This document shows, piece after piece, positions 24,712 through 36,472 of a stretch of DNA of 64,000 nt. How positions within the stretch are numbered: position 1 is the first letter of the stretch; every line of letters starts with the position of its first letter. Under the pieces are notes generated by a model. The model was given only the letters and a program-made list of their open reading frames with translations. It did no database searches and was not told where the DNA came from. Origin of the DNA: Malacoraja senta (lineage: Eukaryota); the NCBI GenBank assembly GCA_038087875.1, contig JAXLNO010000214.1, positions 1 to 64,000 on the forward strand, in the 5' to 3' direction. Made by a program: the position numbers and the translations under genes.

Positions 24712-27700
24712 CTTCTTTTTTTCCTTTTCAAAAACTTTATTCGACAATCATATGATACAACACATCAATACATAATCAAAAAATACATTATGTCAAAACA
24801 AATCATTATAGTACAACAGTACATTCATTATTTACGATACTCTCAACCCCACGTGGTGACCAGCGCCCACGGTATGCCTCCAGAGTCCCCGTGGACACCG
24901 CGTGTTCCATCTCCATGGACACCCGTGCACGGACGTACGCCCGGAAGAGGAGCAGGCAGCCGACTCTAGCCTCACCATCGACCGCCACGCATCAACCAGC
25001 TCAAAGGAGTCAATCAAACCTCTCAGCTTCTTCGCTACAGCAGTGGCACACTGAGTACCAGAACGTCTCGCGCCTCAAGTGTGCAATTTAAGTCCCCACC
25101 AAGGAAGACACACTCTCCCCTATCAATAGTGCCCAACAGAGCAGTCACCTCCTGAATTAGGCCGGCCTGCATCGTACCGGAGCTAGGGGCATACACGTTA
25201 ATGAAATGCAAAGGCATGCCATCGAGGCTCATGGCCAGATGGAGCAAACGTCCTGGCACAACTTCTTGCACTTTTAGAACATTTGGCAGGAAATTCTGGG
25301 CCAACAGAAAGGCCACCCCACTCGAATTCGAGCTGAGATGGCTCATGTAGACCCCCGCTTCCCACGCCAGTCCGATGTAGGTTCATCACTAACAACGGTA
25401 TGCGTCTCCTGCAGAAAACACACTGCAAATCTCCCCTTTGAAGACTGATAAAAGCTGAAATCTACGAAAACTAGCTCTACTCCCGTTTAAGTTTAATGTT
25501 GCTACTGTGAATGTGCAGGCACACTAGATTGAGACCATCACACTCCCCGGAGACTCAAAAACTCTCTCTCTGAGGAACACCAAAAAGTCCCCAAACTGGC
25601 TCTTCTCAGAGTCAGGAAGATCACTACCCTTGTTGCCAAGGATAGCCTCGAGAGTCTTAATCAAAACTGGCAGATCAGCCCACCGTCTTTTAGCAGCATC
25701 CATTTTTGTTCTGCTGGTACGGCTTATTTTTAGGAATTCTCGAACCTCACAAATATCACTTGCATGAGACTCGGCCTTGGAGCCTGGGCACTCGGCCAAC
25801 TCACTCGCACCTGCAACAACAAGCTCAACACCACAATGATCAAGGTCGTTGTCAGAAATCGAAAGACCAGAACTCTCTGAAAGTTCGTTAACTCCACTAC
25901 TCAAACTGGCCTTATCACTCTCCCCCTCCCCCAGCAAGGATCAATGCCGGAGAAGTGTCCCGAAACCCCTGACTGCAACAGGCAGCCCACTGAATAGCTG
26001 GGCACCTGCACTCTACCATCACGCTCTACGTCTGGGGCCTGGGGAATAAAAAAACACTAGGCATCCCCAGGGCCTGTGATACACTGGCACCCCCGGAATC
26101 TGAAAGGAGATCAACACTCGAACTAGCCCCGACCTTCACTGCACCTATAGCATCACCTCCACTGACAACATCCAGAGGCTCTCCACTTTCTTTAAACTCT
26201 CCCCTACCAACTCAGCCGGCGAGGCAGCACCCCCCATTACCTCCACTGGCTCTGATGAGGAGCACAGACTGGTACACCAATGCCCCCGTCCCATCCCCCT
26301 CGGGCTGACTCTGCTCATCCCCCGTCTCAGGGGGCACACTACTAAGGGCGCCTACCCCATCATCTGGCGTGCCTACACCCTCAATAGGCCTCTGAAACGA
26401 GGGGACGTCCTCCGACCCAGAGGACACAAACCCAGAGGAGCTAACCTCACCACACGATGAGATAACTCACTCGGAGGGCCCCTGAGATGAAGGGACATCC
26501 ACCCGCCCATAGGACACAACTCCAGAGGAATCAACCCCATCACCCGGTCCTGTAATCCCCGCGGAAGATCCCTGAAATGGAGGCTCAACCTCCAACCCGG
26601 AAGACACCAGTTCTTGACCCTCAACCACATCAGTGGTGGAAGGTCTGGAAAAAGTCATCGCCCTAACTTTGGACATGCCTTTGCTCTTCCTCGCTAGGCC
26701 CAAACTTCCTTTTTGTCCCACTAGCATGCGGCGGTACGGTGACCTCCATAAAGGAAGGGTCTTCCTCCTCCACACTACCCCCAGCCACTTTACCACCCGC
26801 ACGATTTACCATCCCTACCCCCACCTGAACCACCTCAGCTCCTTGCTGGGCCACGGCAAGTGCACTCTGGACCTCACAGGAGCTGACAGGCGCCCCTTGG
26901 GTGGTCTCAGATTGCGTTTGACTCACTTGAGTGGGCTTCCCCCCCTCCTATTCTTCTTCTGTAGCTCCCATTTCCCCTCGCCCTCTTCATCCTCCCCCTG
27001 CGCCTCACCATCAGCCACCACCACTTCCACAGGTTCAGGACTTAGGGGGCGGGGGCCATCTCTGCCCTGGGTCCCCAAGGCGGAACTTGCAGCCCCAGAT
27101 GGGCTATTACTGCCGCCCCGGATCACCGAGGCAGAGCTAGCAGCCCTAGCCAGGTCAGCAGTACCACCCCGCGCCACCGAGGCATGATGAGCCACCCCGG
27201 ATGGGCCAGCAGGGCTTTCCCGGACCGCTGCGCTAGAACTTCTAGCAGCGACCCCGTGAAGAAGACACTCCCTACGGAGATGTCCAAATTCACCGCACGC
27301 ATGACACCGTGCCTTTCCCCAACTCCAATGCACGATTCTAGGGAGACCCTTACACTCCACCTCGAAGCTCCCCTCCGAGCCTTCGCCCTGACCCACCTTC
27401 ATAAACACCCTCCTCTTGAAACTGAAGATCCCTCTTTCCTCCGGGTCCCCCCCGGGGTGCATGAGCCTAAAGCTCTTAGACCGCACCTCCCCAAACTTAG
27501 ACAGGTGTGGAATAAGTGTTGCATCCGAAATATATGTGGGGCAACTCCGCAGGAGAACCGGTCTCACCCTAGATACCCACGGATCCACCTGTATGTGGAC
27601 CCCCCCCCCCAATGAGATCCCCCTCTCCAACGCTATGGCCACATCCTCCCGGGTCTTAAGTATCATCTCCACCTTTCCTCTTTCGAGCTCGGAAGAGACA

Positions 27701-27952
27701 ATAGCCCGCCCCCCAAGAAGGTCATTCATGGCGTTTGTAATTTCTCCCCTGGACATCTGGGGCCCAGTTTGGACCCAGAACCGTCCCAATCCAAGTCAAC
27801 ATAAGGCTCACACTCAGATGGCCTCGCATCCGCCGCTGATGCCATCCCTGCGTAGCTGCGGTTCTTCGGCCGCGCCCTAGCCATCGCCATCCTGACAGAG
27901 GCACAAACCAGCTCCAGGCAGCCCAGCAGCTCAGCTCCAAGTTATTCCGTCA
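24707..27952 (-). mobile_element. Tx1-clade element, internally deleted (RT missing), 5'-truncated
   Basis: ORF1 (CHACGEFGHLRREC), EN N-terminus and 3' end homologous to 16121-22673; EN fused to C-terminus at 24982-24986; A-tail abuts (TC)n. Confidence 0.92.
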
Positions 27953-29660
27953 TTCTTTCTTGCCCTCTCTATATCTCACCACCTCCCCGTCTCACTCTCT
28001 CTCTCCCCGTCTCCCTCTCTCCCTCCGTGTTTCTCTCTCTCCCACCGTCTTTCTCCACCCCCGTCTCTCCCCTCCCCTCCCCGTCCCTCTCGAACCCCGT
28101 CTTTCTCCATCACCTACCCGTCTCTCACTTTCCCTCAATGCCTCTCTCTCCCTCCCCGTCACTCTCTCGCTCCACGTCTCTCTCTCCTTCCCCGTCTCCC
28201 TCTCTCCCTATTTCTCCGCCCGGTTTCTCTCTCTCCCTTTCTCCCCGTCTCTCTCTCCATCCCCGTTTCCCTCCCCTTCCCGCCTCCCTCTCCCGCTCTC
28301 TCTATCTCACTCTCTCCCTTGTCTCCCAGTCTCTCTCTCATCCCCTCCCCATCTCTCTTTCCCTATCCCTCTCTCTCTCTCCCTACCCGTCTGTTTCTCT
28401 CTCCCTCCCCGTATCACTCCCTCCACGTCTCCCTCCCTTCCTCTCCATCTCTCTCCCTTCCCAAACTAACTCTCTCCCTCCCCTCCCAGTCTCTCTCCCG
28501 CCCGTACCCATCTCTCTATACCTCCCGCACCCGTCACTCTATCTCTACCTCCACGACCAATATCTCTCTCTCCATCTCCGTTTGTCTCCCTCCCTCCCAT
28601 CTCCGTCTCTCTGTCTCCCCTCTCCGTCTATCTTTCTCTCTCTCTCGCTCTCTCTCTCACTCTCCCTCTATCTGTCTCTATATATAACTTTGTCTCGGTC
28701 TGTCTCGCTCTCTCTCTCTATCTATCTCCTCCGCTCCCTTCTCTCAGTCCATGGCCTCCCCGTCTCTCTCACTCCCCGTTTCTCACTTTCTTGCCCTTTC
28801 TATATCTCACGCCATCCCTGTGTCTCTCTAAATGCCCGTCCTCTTCTCTCTATCTCTCTCTCCCTCTCCCCCTCTCTCTACCTCTCCCTCGCCGTCTCTC
28901 TACCTCCTCGTCCCTCGCACTCCCTCCACATCTCTCCCTCCCTCCCTGTCTATATATCTCTCTCTGTATCTCTCTCTCTATCTCTCTCACCGTCTCACGC
29001 TGTCTCTCCTGCTCTCTCTCCCCGTCTCTCGCTCTCTCTCTTTCTCCCCTCCCCGTCTCCCACTACCTCCCCCACCCGTCCCTTTCCCTCTCCGTCTCTC
29101 TCTCTCCCCCTCACCTCCCCGTCTCTCTCCCTTCCCTCCCCGTCCCTCACTCCTACCCCGTCTTTCTCCCTCACATCCCCGCCTCTCTCTCTCCCTCAAT
29201 GTCTCTCTCCCCCTCCCCGTCTCTCTCTCTCCCCTTCACTCTCTCCCCTCCCCGTCCCTCTCTCCCTCTCTCTCCCTCCCCGTCTCTCTCTCTCCCTCAC
29301 GGTCTCCTACCCCTTCCCGTCTCGCTCCCTCTCTCTCTATCTCACTCTCTCTTCCCTTCCAGGGTCTCTCTGTCCTCCGCTCCCCATCTCAATTTCCCTA
29401 CCCGTCTCCCCCTCCCTACTCGTCCCTCTCTCTCCCTACCCGTCTGTTTCCCTCTCCGTCTCTCTCCCTCCACGTCTCCCTCCGTTCCTCCCCATCTATC
29501 TCCCTTCCCTACCTCTCTCCCTGCCCTCCCAGTCTCTCTCTCCCGCCCGTACCGGATCCGCTATACTTCCCCCACCCGTCACCCTCTCTGTACCTTCCCT
29601 ACCAGTCTCTCTCTCTCCACCTCCGTTTCTCTCCCTACTCTCTCCCTGACCCCCCTCTCC

Positions 29661-29736
<76 letters not shown>

Positions 29737-29765
29737 AGCTCTCTCTCTCTCTCTCTCTCTCTCTC
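27953..29765. repeat. Polypyrimidine (CT-rich) low-complexity tract
   Basis: ~1.8 kb almost entirely C/T with recurring cccgtctctc; similar tracts at 280-640, 2590-3060, 12310-12790, 23030-23650. Confidence 0.95.
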
Positions 29766-29849
29766 GCGGTAAAAATCGGGACTTTTAAATGAGAAGAGAG
29801 AAAAGCTCACGAGCTAAGACAACTAGTATGTCTCCAGCTTGATAAAGTT

Positions 29850-30845
29850 TTGGATTCTCTGCCAACAACAGAAGATGGCACAGAAGGAGGGTCTTACAGC
29901 CAAGGAGCTGTGCTGGAAATGGCTGCAAAAGGAGAAAAGAAGGAGAAGGGGGTAAAGCAAATGCTTTTAGATATAACTGCTACAATTAATACAGCATTGG
30001 AAAAGATGCAGATTATGGTGACTAATATGGAGGTATTCTCTCAAAAAATGGATAATGCCTGTGCTGAGTTAAAGGAGCTGAAGAAACAACATAATGAGTT
30101 TGATAAAAAACTTAAATCAGAATATGTTAGAATTGAAAATGATTATAATAAGAAATCTACTGGTGTAAATGATAAGTTGGGCGACCTTGATGATAGAATG
30201 GAAGAGATGGGAAATTATATGAAAGAGATGATTACGGAAATAAAGAGTTTGAAAAAATCAAAGAAAGCTGAAGAAGAAAAGCTTGCAAGAATGACTGACA
30301 AATGTTTGGACTTGGAAGCGAGATCGAGAAGGCAGAATTTGAGAACTGTTGGAGTGAGAGAAAGGCGAGAGGGGCATGGTTCTCAACCACGCACTTTCGT
30401 TGCTGACTTACTCAAAGAAGTGTTTAAACTGCCGGAAGAATTAAGAATAGATATCGTTCACCGAGTCGGACGTTTCTCAAGAGACATAAATGCTTCTCCA
30501 AGACAGATTATTGTGACATTCCTGGATATCCCCTCAGTGGAATTTATACTGAATAAGATTGTCCATGGGGAGAATTTGACATATTATGGAGATAATATTC
30601 GATTTTTCTGTGATTATCCTCCGGAGGTCGTCCAGAGAAGGAATATGCTTACACAGACAAGAAACATACCCAGAGGAATACCACAGGTCAGATATGGGGT
30701 CGTATATCCTGCTAAAATGAAAATTACTTATAATGGAATTGAGCGCTCATTTATGGATCCCGAAAAAGCTTTTAAGTATGCAGAAAATATCGTAAAGAAA
30801 GCATCAAAACCATCGGAAGATGATGTCGACGTGGATGAAGATTGA
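29850..30845 (+). CDS. L1 ORF1p (coiled coil + RRM + CTD), open frame
   Basis: 331-aa ORF with heptad-rich N-terminus and LEARSRRQNLR..G..E, PRQIIV.F, IRFF.DY..EV..RR, YPAK motifs. Confidence 0.88.
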   Translation: MDSLPTTEDGTEGGSYSQGAVLEMAAKGEKKEKGVKQMLLDITATINTALEKMQIMVTNMEVFSQKMDNACAELKELKKQHNEFDKKLKSEYVRIENDYNKKSTGVNDKLGDLDDRMEEMGNYMKEMITEIKSLKKSKKAEEEKLARMTDKCLDLEARSRRQNLRTVGVRERREGHGSQPRTFVADLLKEVFKLPEELRIDIVHRVGRFSRDINASPRQIIVTFLDIPSVEFILNKIVHGENLTYYGDNIRFFCDYPPEVVQRRNMLTQTRNIPRGIPQVRYGVVYPAKMKITYNGIERSFMDPEKAFKYAENIVKKASKPSEDDVDVDED

Positions 30846-32624
30846 ATATTTTAACTTTTAAGATAGAGATTTGAAACGGCTAAGATGGCGGACTTTTCCA
30901 GACAGTTAACAAGCTTATCTGTCTGGAATGTGTATTTGAGAACACTGTCCATGTTTCACCTTGAATGAAGAGCTCAAAGATAAACAAAAGGACGTTGTAG
31001 ATAAAGAAGTAATGAAGGAATGTATAAGGGACATGGACGAGATAATATGTTCATTTAAGAAAATATCTAACCATTATATTCTAATTTTAATTAACCCACT
31101 AATTTATCAAATTTAAAATACTAATTATTAATATTACTGATATATACTTATAAAGGATATATGCTTATAAATAGAAATTAACCAAAATGCCTATAACATT
31201 ACTAATGTAATTTTTTGGTTTTGTTTTTTGTGTGTGGGAAGCAGCATAAATTTGGAAAAGATCCAGGAATGAGGTCTTGTTTAACCCCTAGGTACCTGCT
31301 TGTATGGCAGTTGGTTAGATAAATTGGAAAGGCATAAACACTTATATAACTGAGAATATTTTGTGTTTTATATTTGGTTTTTTATTTCTTAATTTTTTAA
31401 TATATATATATATTTTTGAATCTTTTTGGTTTGTACTGATGCTAGTCTGATAAATTTAAATAAGAATAAATAAGATATGAGACGGTTTGTAATTTGTTAT
31501 GAGGTGTTTATAAGGGATTGGAGCTCAATGTAAAACAACACCAACGGAAGTCCATAAATTTTTTTGCCACCTTAGGTGGCTACTTGTCTTTAAGGTATCT
31601 CTTCTTAGATACCTAAATTTCACTTCTTTTTTTAAAATCACCATATAAATTTGTATTTGCTTAGTTTTTTTGTACTCAACTTTAAATCACACTTTTTCTT
31701 TCTTTATCTAAGGTACTTTTGGAGAAGGAGATGTATTAAAAACTTAAAAACTTGGGATGACCACCCAACACCCAGAATTCTGCGGTATTTGCTTGCACCA
31801 TATGATTCAGGAATACTATTTTTGATATATAATGCAAGACGATAGACAAATAAAGAATGGAGGAATCACATTCTGTAGTTGGAATATAAGGGGTGCCAAT
31901 GAACCAATAAAGAGGGGTAAAATTCTTGCTCACCTAAAATCTTTGAAAAGCGACATAATTTTTCTGCAAGAAACCCACATGAAACAGCAAACACAAATGA
32001 GATTAAAGGCGAAGTGGATAGGTCAAACATATTATTCGTCATTTACTTCTAAATCTAGAGGTACGGCTATTCTAATTCGAAAAGGTATACCTTTCCATTT
32101 AAAGAATACTATATCAGATAAAGAGGGAAGGTACATTATAGTTTCGGGAGAAATGTATGCAATCCCACTAACTATGATAAATATTTACGCTCCGAATTTT
32201 GATTACCCCCAATTTATTTAATAAAATTATATATATAATATCAGAGTTTAATTACCAAAATGTGATAATGGCTTTAACTGTGTTTTAGACCAATATTTAG
32301 ACAAATCAGCAAAACAAAGCAGGAGTAATTTAAAATCTAAGACTAGTGAACTTCTAAATACATATATAAAAAATACTAATATAACAGATGTATGTAGATC
32401 TGCGAATCCAATAGGAAGGGAATACTCGTTTTACTCTTCGGTACATAAAACTTATTCAAGAATTGATTTTTTTTAGTGGATATGAAATTAATGCCGTATA
32501 CAATCAATCCAACATACCACATTAGTAGTATTTCTGATCACTCTCCGTTGACATTTTCAGTAAAATTTGAGGGAATGCCGGGTAAAAACTTTTTTGGAGG
32601 TTTAATACACATATCTTAAATGAC

Positions 32625-33168
32625 ATACATAGATACATAGATACATAGAAAATAGGTGCAGGAGTAGGCCATTCGACCCTTCGAGCCTGCACCGCCATTC
32701 AATATGATCATGGCTGATCATCCAACTCAGTATCCCGTACCTGCCTTCTCTCCATACCCCCTGATCTCTTTAGCCACAAGGGCCACATCTAACTCGCTCT
32801 TAAATATAGCCAATGAACTGGCCTCAACTACCCTCTGTGGCAGAGAGTTCCAGAGATTCACCACTCTCTGTGTGAAAACGTTTTTCCTCATCTCGGTCTT
32901 AAAGGATTTCCCCCTTATCCTTAAGCTGTGACCCCTTGTCCTGGACTTCCCCAACATCGGGAACAATCTTCCTGCATTCAGCCTGTCCAACCCCATAAGA
33001 ATTTTGTACGTTTCTATAAGTTCCCCTCTCAATCTCCTAAATTCTAGCGTGTATAAGCCAAGTCTATCCAGTCCTTCTTCATATGAAAGTCCTGACATCC
33101 CAGGAATCAGTCTGGTGAACCTTCTCTGCACTCCCTCTATGGCTATAATGTCCTTCCTCAGATTTGGT
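32625..33168 (-). mobile_element. CR1 LINE 3' fragment nested in L1 ORF2
   Basis: QRRFTRLIPGM...LEFRRLRG...FTQRVVNLWNSLP; (tctatgta)n tail; same subfamily as 3773-6505. Confidence 0.93.
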
Positions 33169-36100
33169 TACCTCAGATACAAGGTTATCAATACTTAAAA
33201 CAACAAATGCAACTTTTTTTTGAGATAAATGATACACAAGATACCTCGCCGCCTTTATTATGGTAAACGTTTAAGGCATTTATTAGAGGAATTATAATTT
33301 CATACGAAATTTTTCAAAATAAAAAGAACAAGACAGAACAAATGTTGCTAGATCAAGAAATTAGACAGTTGGAGTTAGATAATGCTAAAGATTCCACTAT
33401 GGATAAACATAATAAATAGTATTACTGAGATTTAAACTTAATCGAATTCTCTCGGCAAGATTAATAAGACTATTTCAAATTACAAAACAGGAACATTTCG
33501 AGTTTGGTGACAAACCACATAAGCTGTTTGCGCGCCAACTGAAAAAACAAGAAAAAGAAAATACTATAAATAAAATTAAATCAGAGAATGGTGAATTACT
33601 AATACTACCTAAAGTTATTAATAAAAGATTTGCTCAATTTTATCAACATTTATATACATCAAAAACTAAAATAAAAGATAGTAAAATATATATATTTTTT
33701 AGATAATTGTACACTTCCAAAACTTGACATTTTGGAACAAGGTGAACTTGGAGCGCAAATTACAATGGAAGAAATAGGTGAAACAATAACATCGTTCAAA
33801 AATGGTAAGACACCGGGACGAGACGGTTTTAGTAATTAATTTTATTTAAAAAATCACGAGATAACGATTCGCTATTTATTTAATTTATATACTCACGCTT
33901 TTAAAGAAAATAAATTACCTGAAACATTAGCAGAATCAACCATTACGCTTATTCCAAAAAAATATAAAGATCTAGAGGACCCGGGCTCATATAGAGCTAT
34001 ATCGCTTTTAAATACAGATCAGAAACTTTTAGCAAAGACTCTAGCCAGAAGACTAAGCAAATATATTAGTAAATTGATAAACCCTGATCAAACGGGGTTT
34101 ATACCCAAAAGATATTGATCTAATAATTTGAGACGCTTGTTTAACATAATGTATTCACATAAAGTGGAGGAAGAAGATATATCAATTATTTCTTTGGACG
34201 CAGAGAAAGCATTTGATCAGGTAGAATGGCAGTATTTATACAAAGTATTACAACAATTTAATATGGGAGAGAAATTTATTACATGGGTGAAATTATTATA
34301 TGATAAACCGATGGCAAGAATATTAACTAATAATATGTTATGTCAAAAATTTCAATTATCTAGGGGTAATAGGCAGGGATGTACGTTATCACCTCTACTA
34401 TTCGCCCTTATGATAGAACCTTTGGCTGAAAGTATAATAAGTCATCCGAATATTCAGGGTTATAATACTAGGAACTCAAACAATAAAATGTCATTATATG
34501 CAGACGATATTCTGTTATATATAACAAACTCACAAACGAGCATACCAAATTTATTAAACTTAATAGAGGAATTTGGGTCCTTTTCTGGATATAGAATAAA
34601 TTGGAACAAAAGTGAAATTATGACGTTAAAACCTCAAGAATCTTCACACTTACTGAAGTTCCCCTTTAAAATAGCAACAGAAAAATTTAAATATCTGGGT
34701 ATTCAGATTACTAGAAAACATAAAGCTTTATTCAACGCCAATTTTATACCTTTAATAAACAAACTTAATATAATGATTACATTTTGGAAACGCTATAAAA
34801 ATGATCTTTCTACCACAGTTATTATACCTATTTCAGTCTATACCAGTATATGTACCAAAATATTAAAAACAAAAATTAAACTAATATTACTAATTTTGTT
34901 TGGGATTATTAATCACATAGAATTAAAAAATAACACTTATGTAAACCAAAAGATGCCGGGGGACTTTCATTCCCAAATTTTCTGTATTATTATTGGGCAA
35001 TACATATTAAGAATATAATTTATTGGTTGGATAGTTCTACCCAACAGACAGAATGGATAAAAATGGAAAAAGAGGATTGTTTTCCTTGTCACATAGGAAC
35101 GATCCTCTTCTCCCCGAAAAAAATGAACAATACAATATATAAGAATAACCCAATTTTACAGGATACAATAAGAATATGGAAACAAATAAAATTATCCTTA
35201 AAATTAAGAAACCTTTCATTGTTAACACCAATAGCGAATAATCCTTTATTTAAACCATCTCTAATGGACAAAATATATAATCAATGGGAAAGTTTAGAAA
35301 TGAAAAGGATCGGGGATATGTATGAAATGGGAGATTTATTATCATTTCAACAATTACAATTAAAATTTAAATTGAAAAACAATCATTATTTTAAATATCT
35401 TCAGATTTGCGATTTGTTGAAGACATACATACAAGGATATCAAAAAATAACTCCTGATTTATTGGAAGAAGTAATGAATATTAAAGCTGATACACAAAAA
35501 ATAATATATTTATATAATGGTATTTTAAATATAGACCTACCAACGACAGAGGTGCTTAGAGAAGAGTAGGAACGGGAATTAATGCTAAAAATTACGAAGG
35601 TTACATGGGAAAAGTATTTGACACACATTCACAAATGTTCGATTAATGCAAGACATAATCTAATTCAATTTAACATTTTACATAGATTATATTATTCAAA
35701 AACAAGATTAAATAAATTCTATCCAAATATATCCCCCATTTGCGATAAATGTTTAACCCAAGATCCGACTATAACACACACTTTTGTTTCCTGTATAAAA
35801 CTTTATAGATTTTGGAGTGATATTTTCGGAATATTCATAAAATTATTTAAGATGAAAATGGAACCTAATAATGAATTGATTATATTTGGGTTAATGGAAG
35901 ATGGGAATAAATTGAATCCATCTCAAAAATTATTTTTTAATTATAGTTTAATAATAGCAAAAAAATTAATACTTACATTTTGGAAAAATACACCAATACC
36001 AACGCTCAAAATGTGGATTGCAAGTATGTTGGACATCTTGAGGAAATGCGATTTCTCCTAATAGATAAATTTGACCAATTCACGAGTTGGTCTCCATTTG

Positions 36101-36472
36101 TCATCTTTTTGGAATTATATGGTGCAACACAATTGTAAAAGCTAACTCGTGACTGGGTGAGGGATGGTCAAGATTATAAATAAGAGCTCCTTAGTTCTTT
36201 TTTTTTTCTTCCTTTCTTTTTTTCTTTTATTCCCTATTTCTTATTTTTTATTCTTTAACTTTCTTCTTTCATGCTCTATTTTTCTTTTCCACACACTATA
36301 TATCTCACATTTTTTATATAATTCATTATCTAATTTCTTTTTCTTTTTCTTCTTTATTATAATTTAAAAAAAAATAAGAAGCTGTACATAAAATGTATTA
36401 TGAAAATATGAGTGTATACAATTGTACTTCTAATAAAATAAAAATATTTAAAAAAAACAAAACAAAAAAAAA

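Larger units (their letters stand above)
29766..36472 (+). mobile_element. L1-clade LINE, near full length, ORF2 disrupted
   Basis: ORF1, ~1-kb AT-rich inter-ORF spacer, ORF2 (SWNIRG, FLQETH, NIYAPN, SLDAEKAFDQV, RGNRQGCTLSP, LYADDI, CDKC..THTF..C), T-rich 3' UTR, AATAAA + A-rich tail. Confidence 0.95.
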
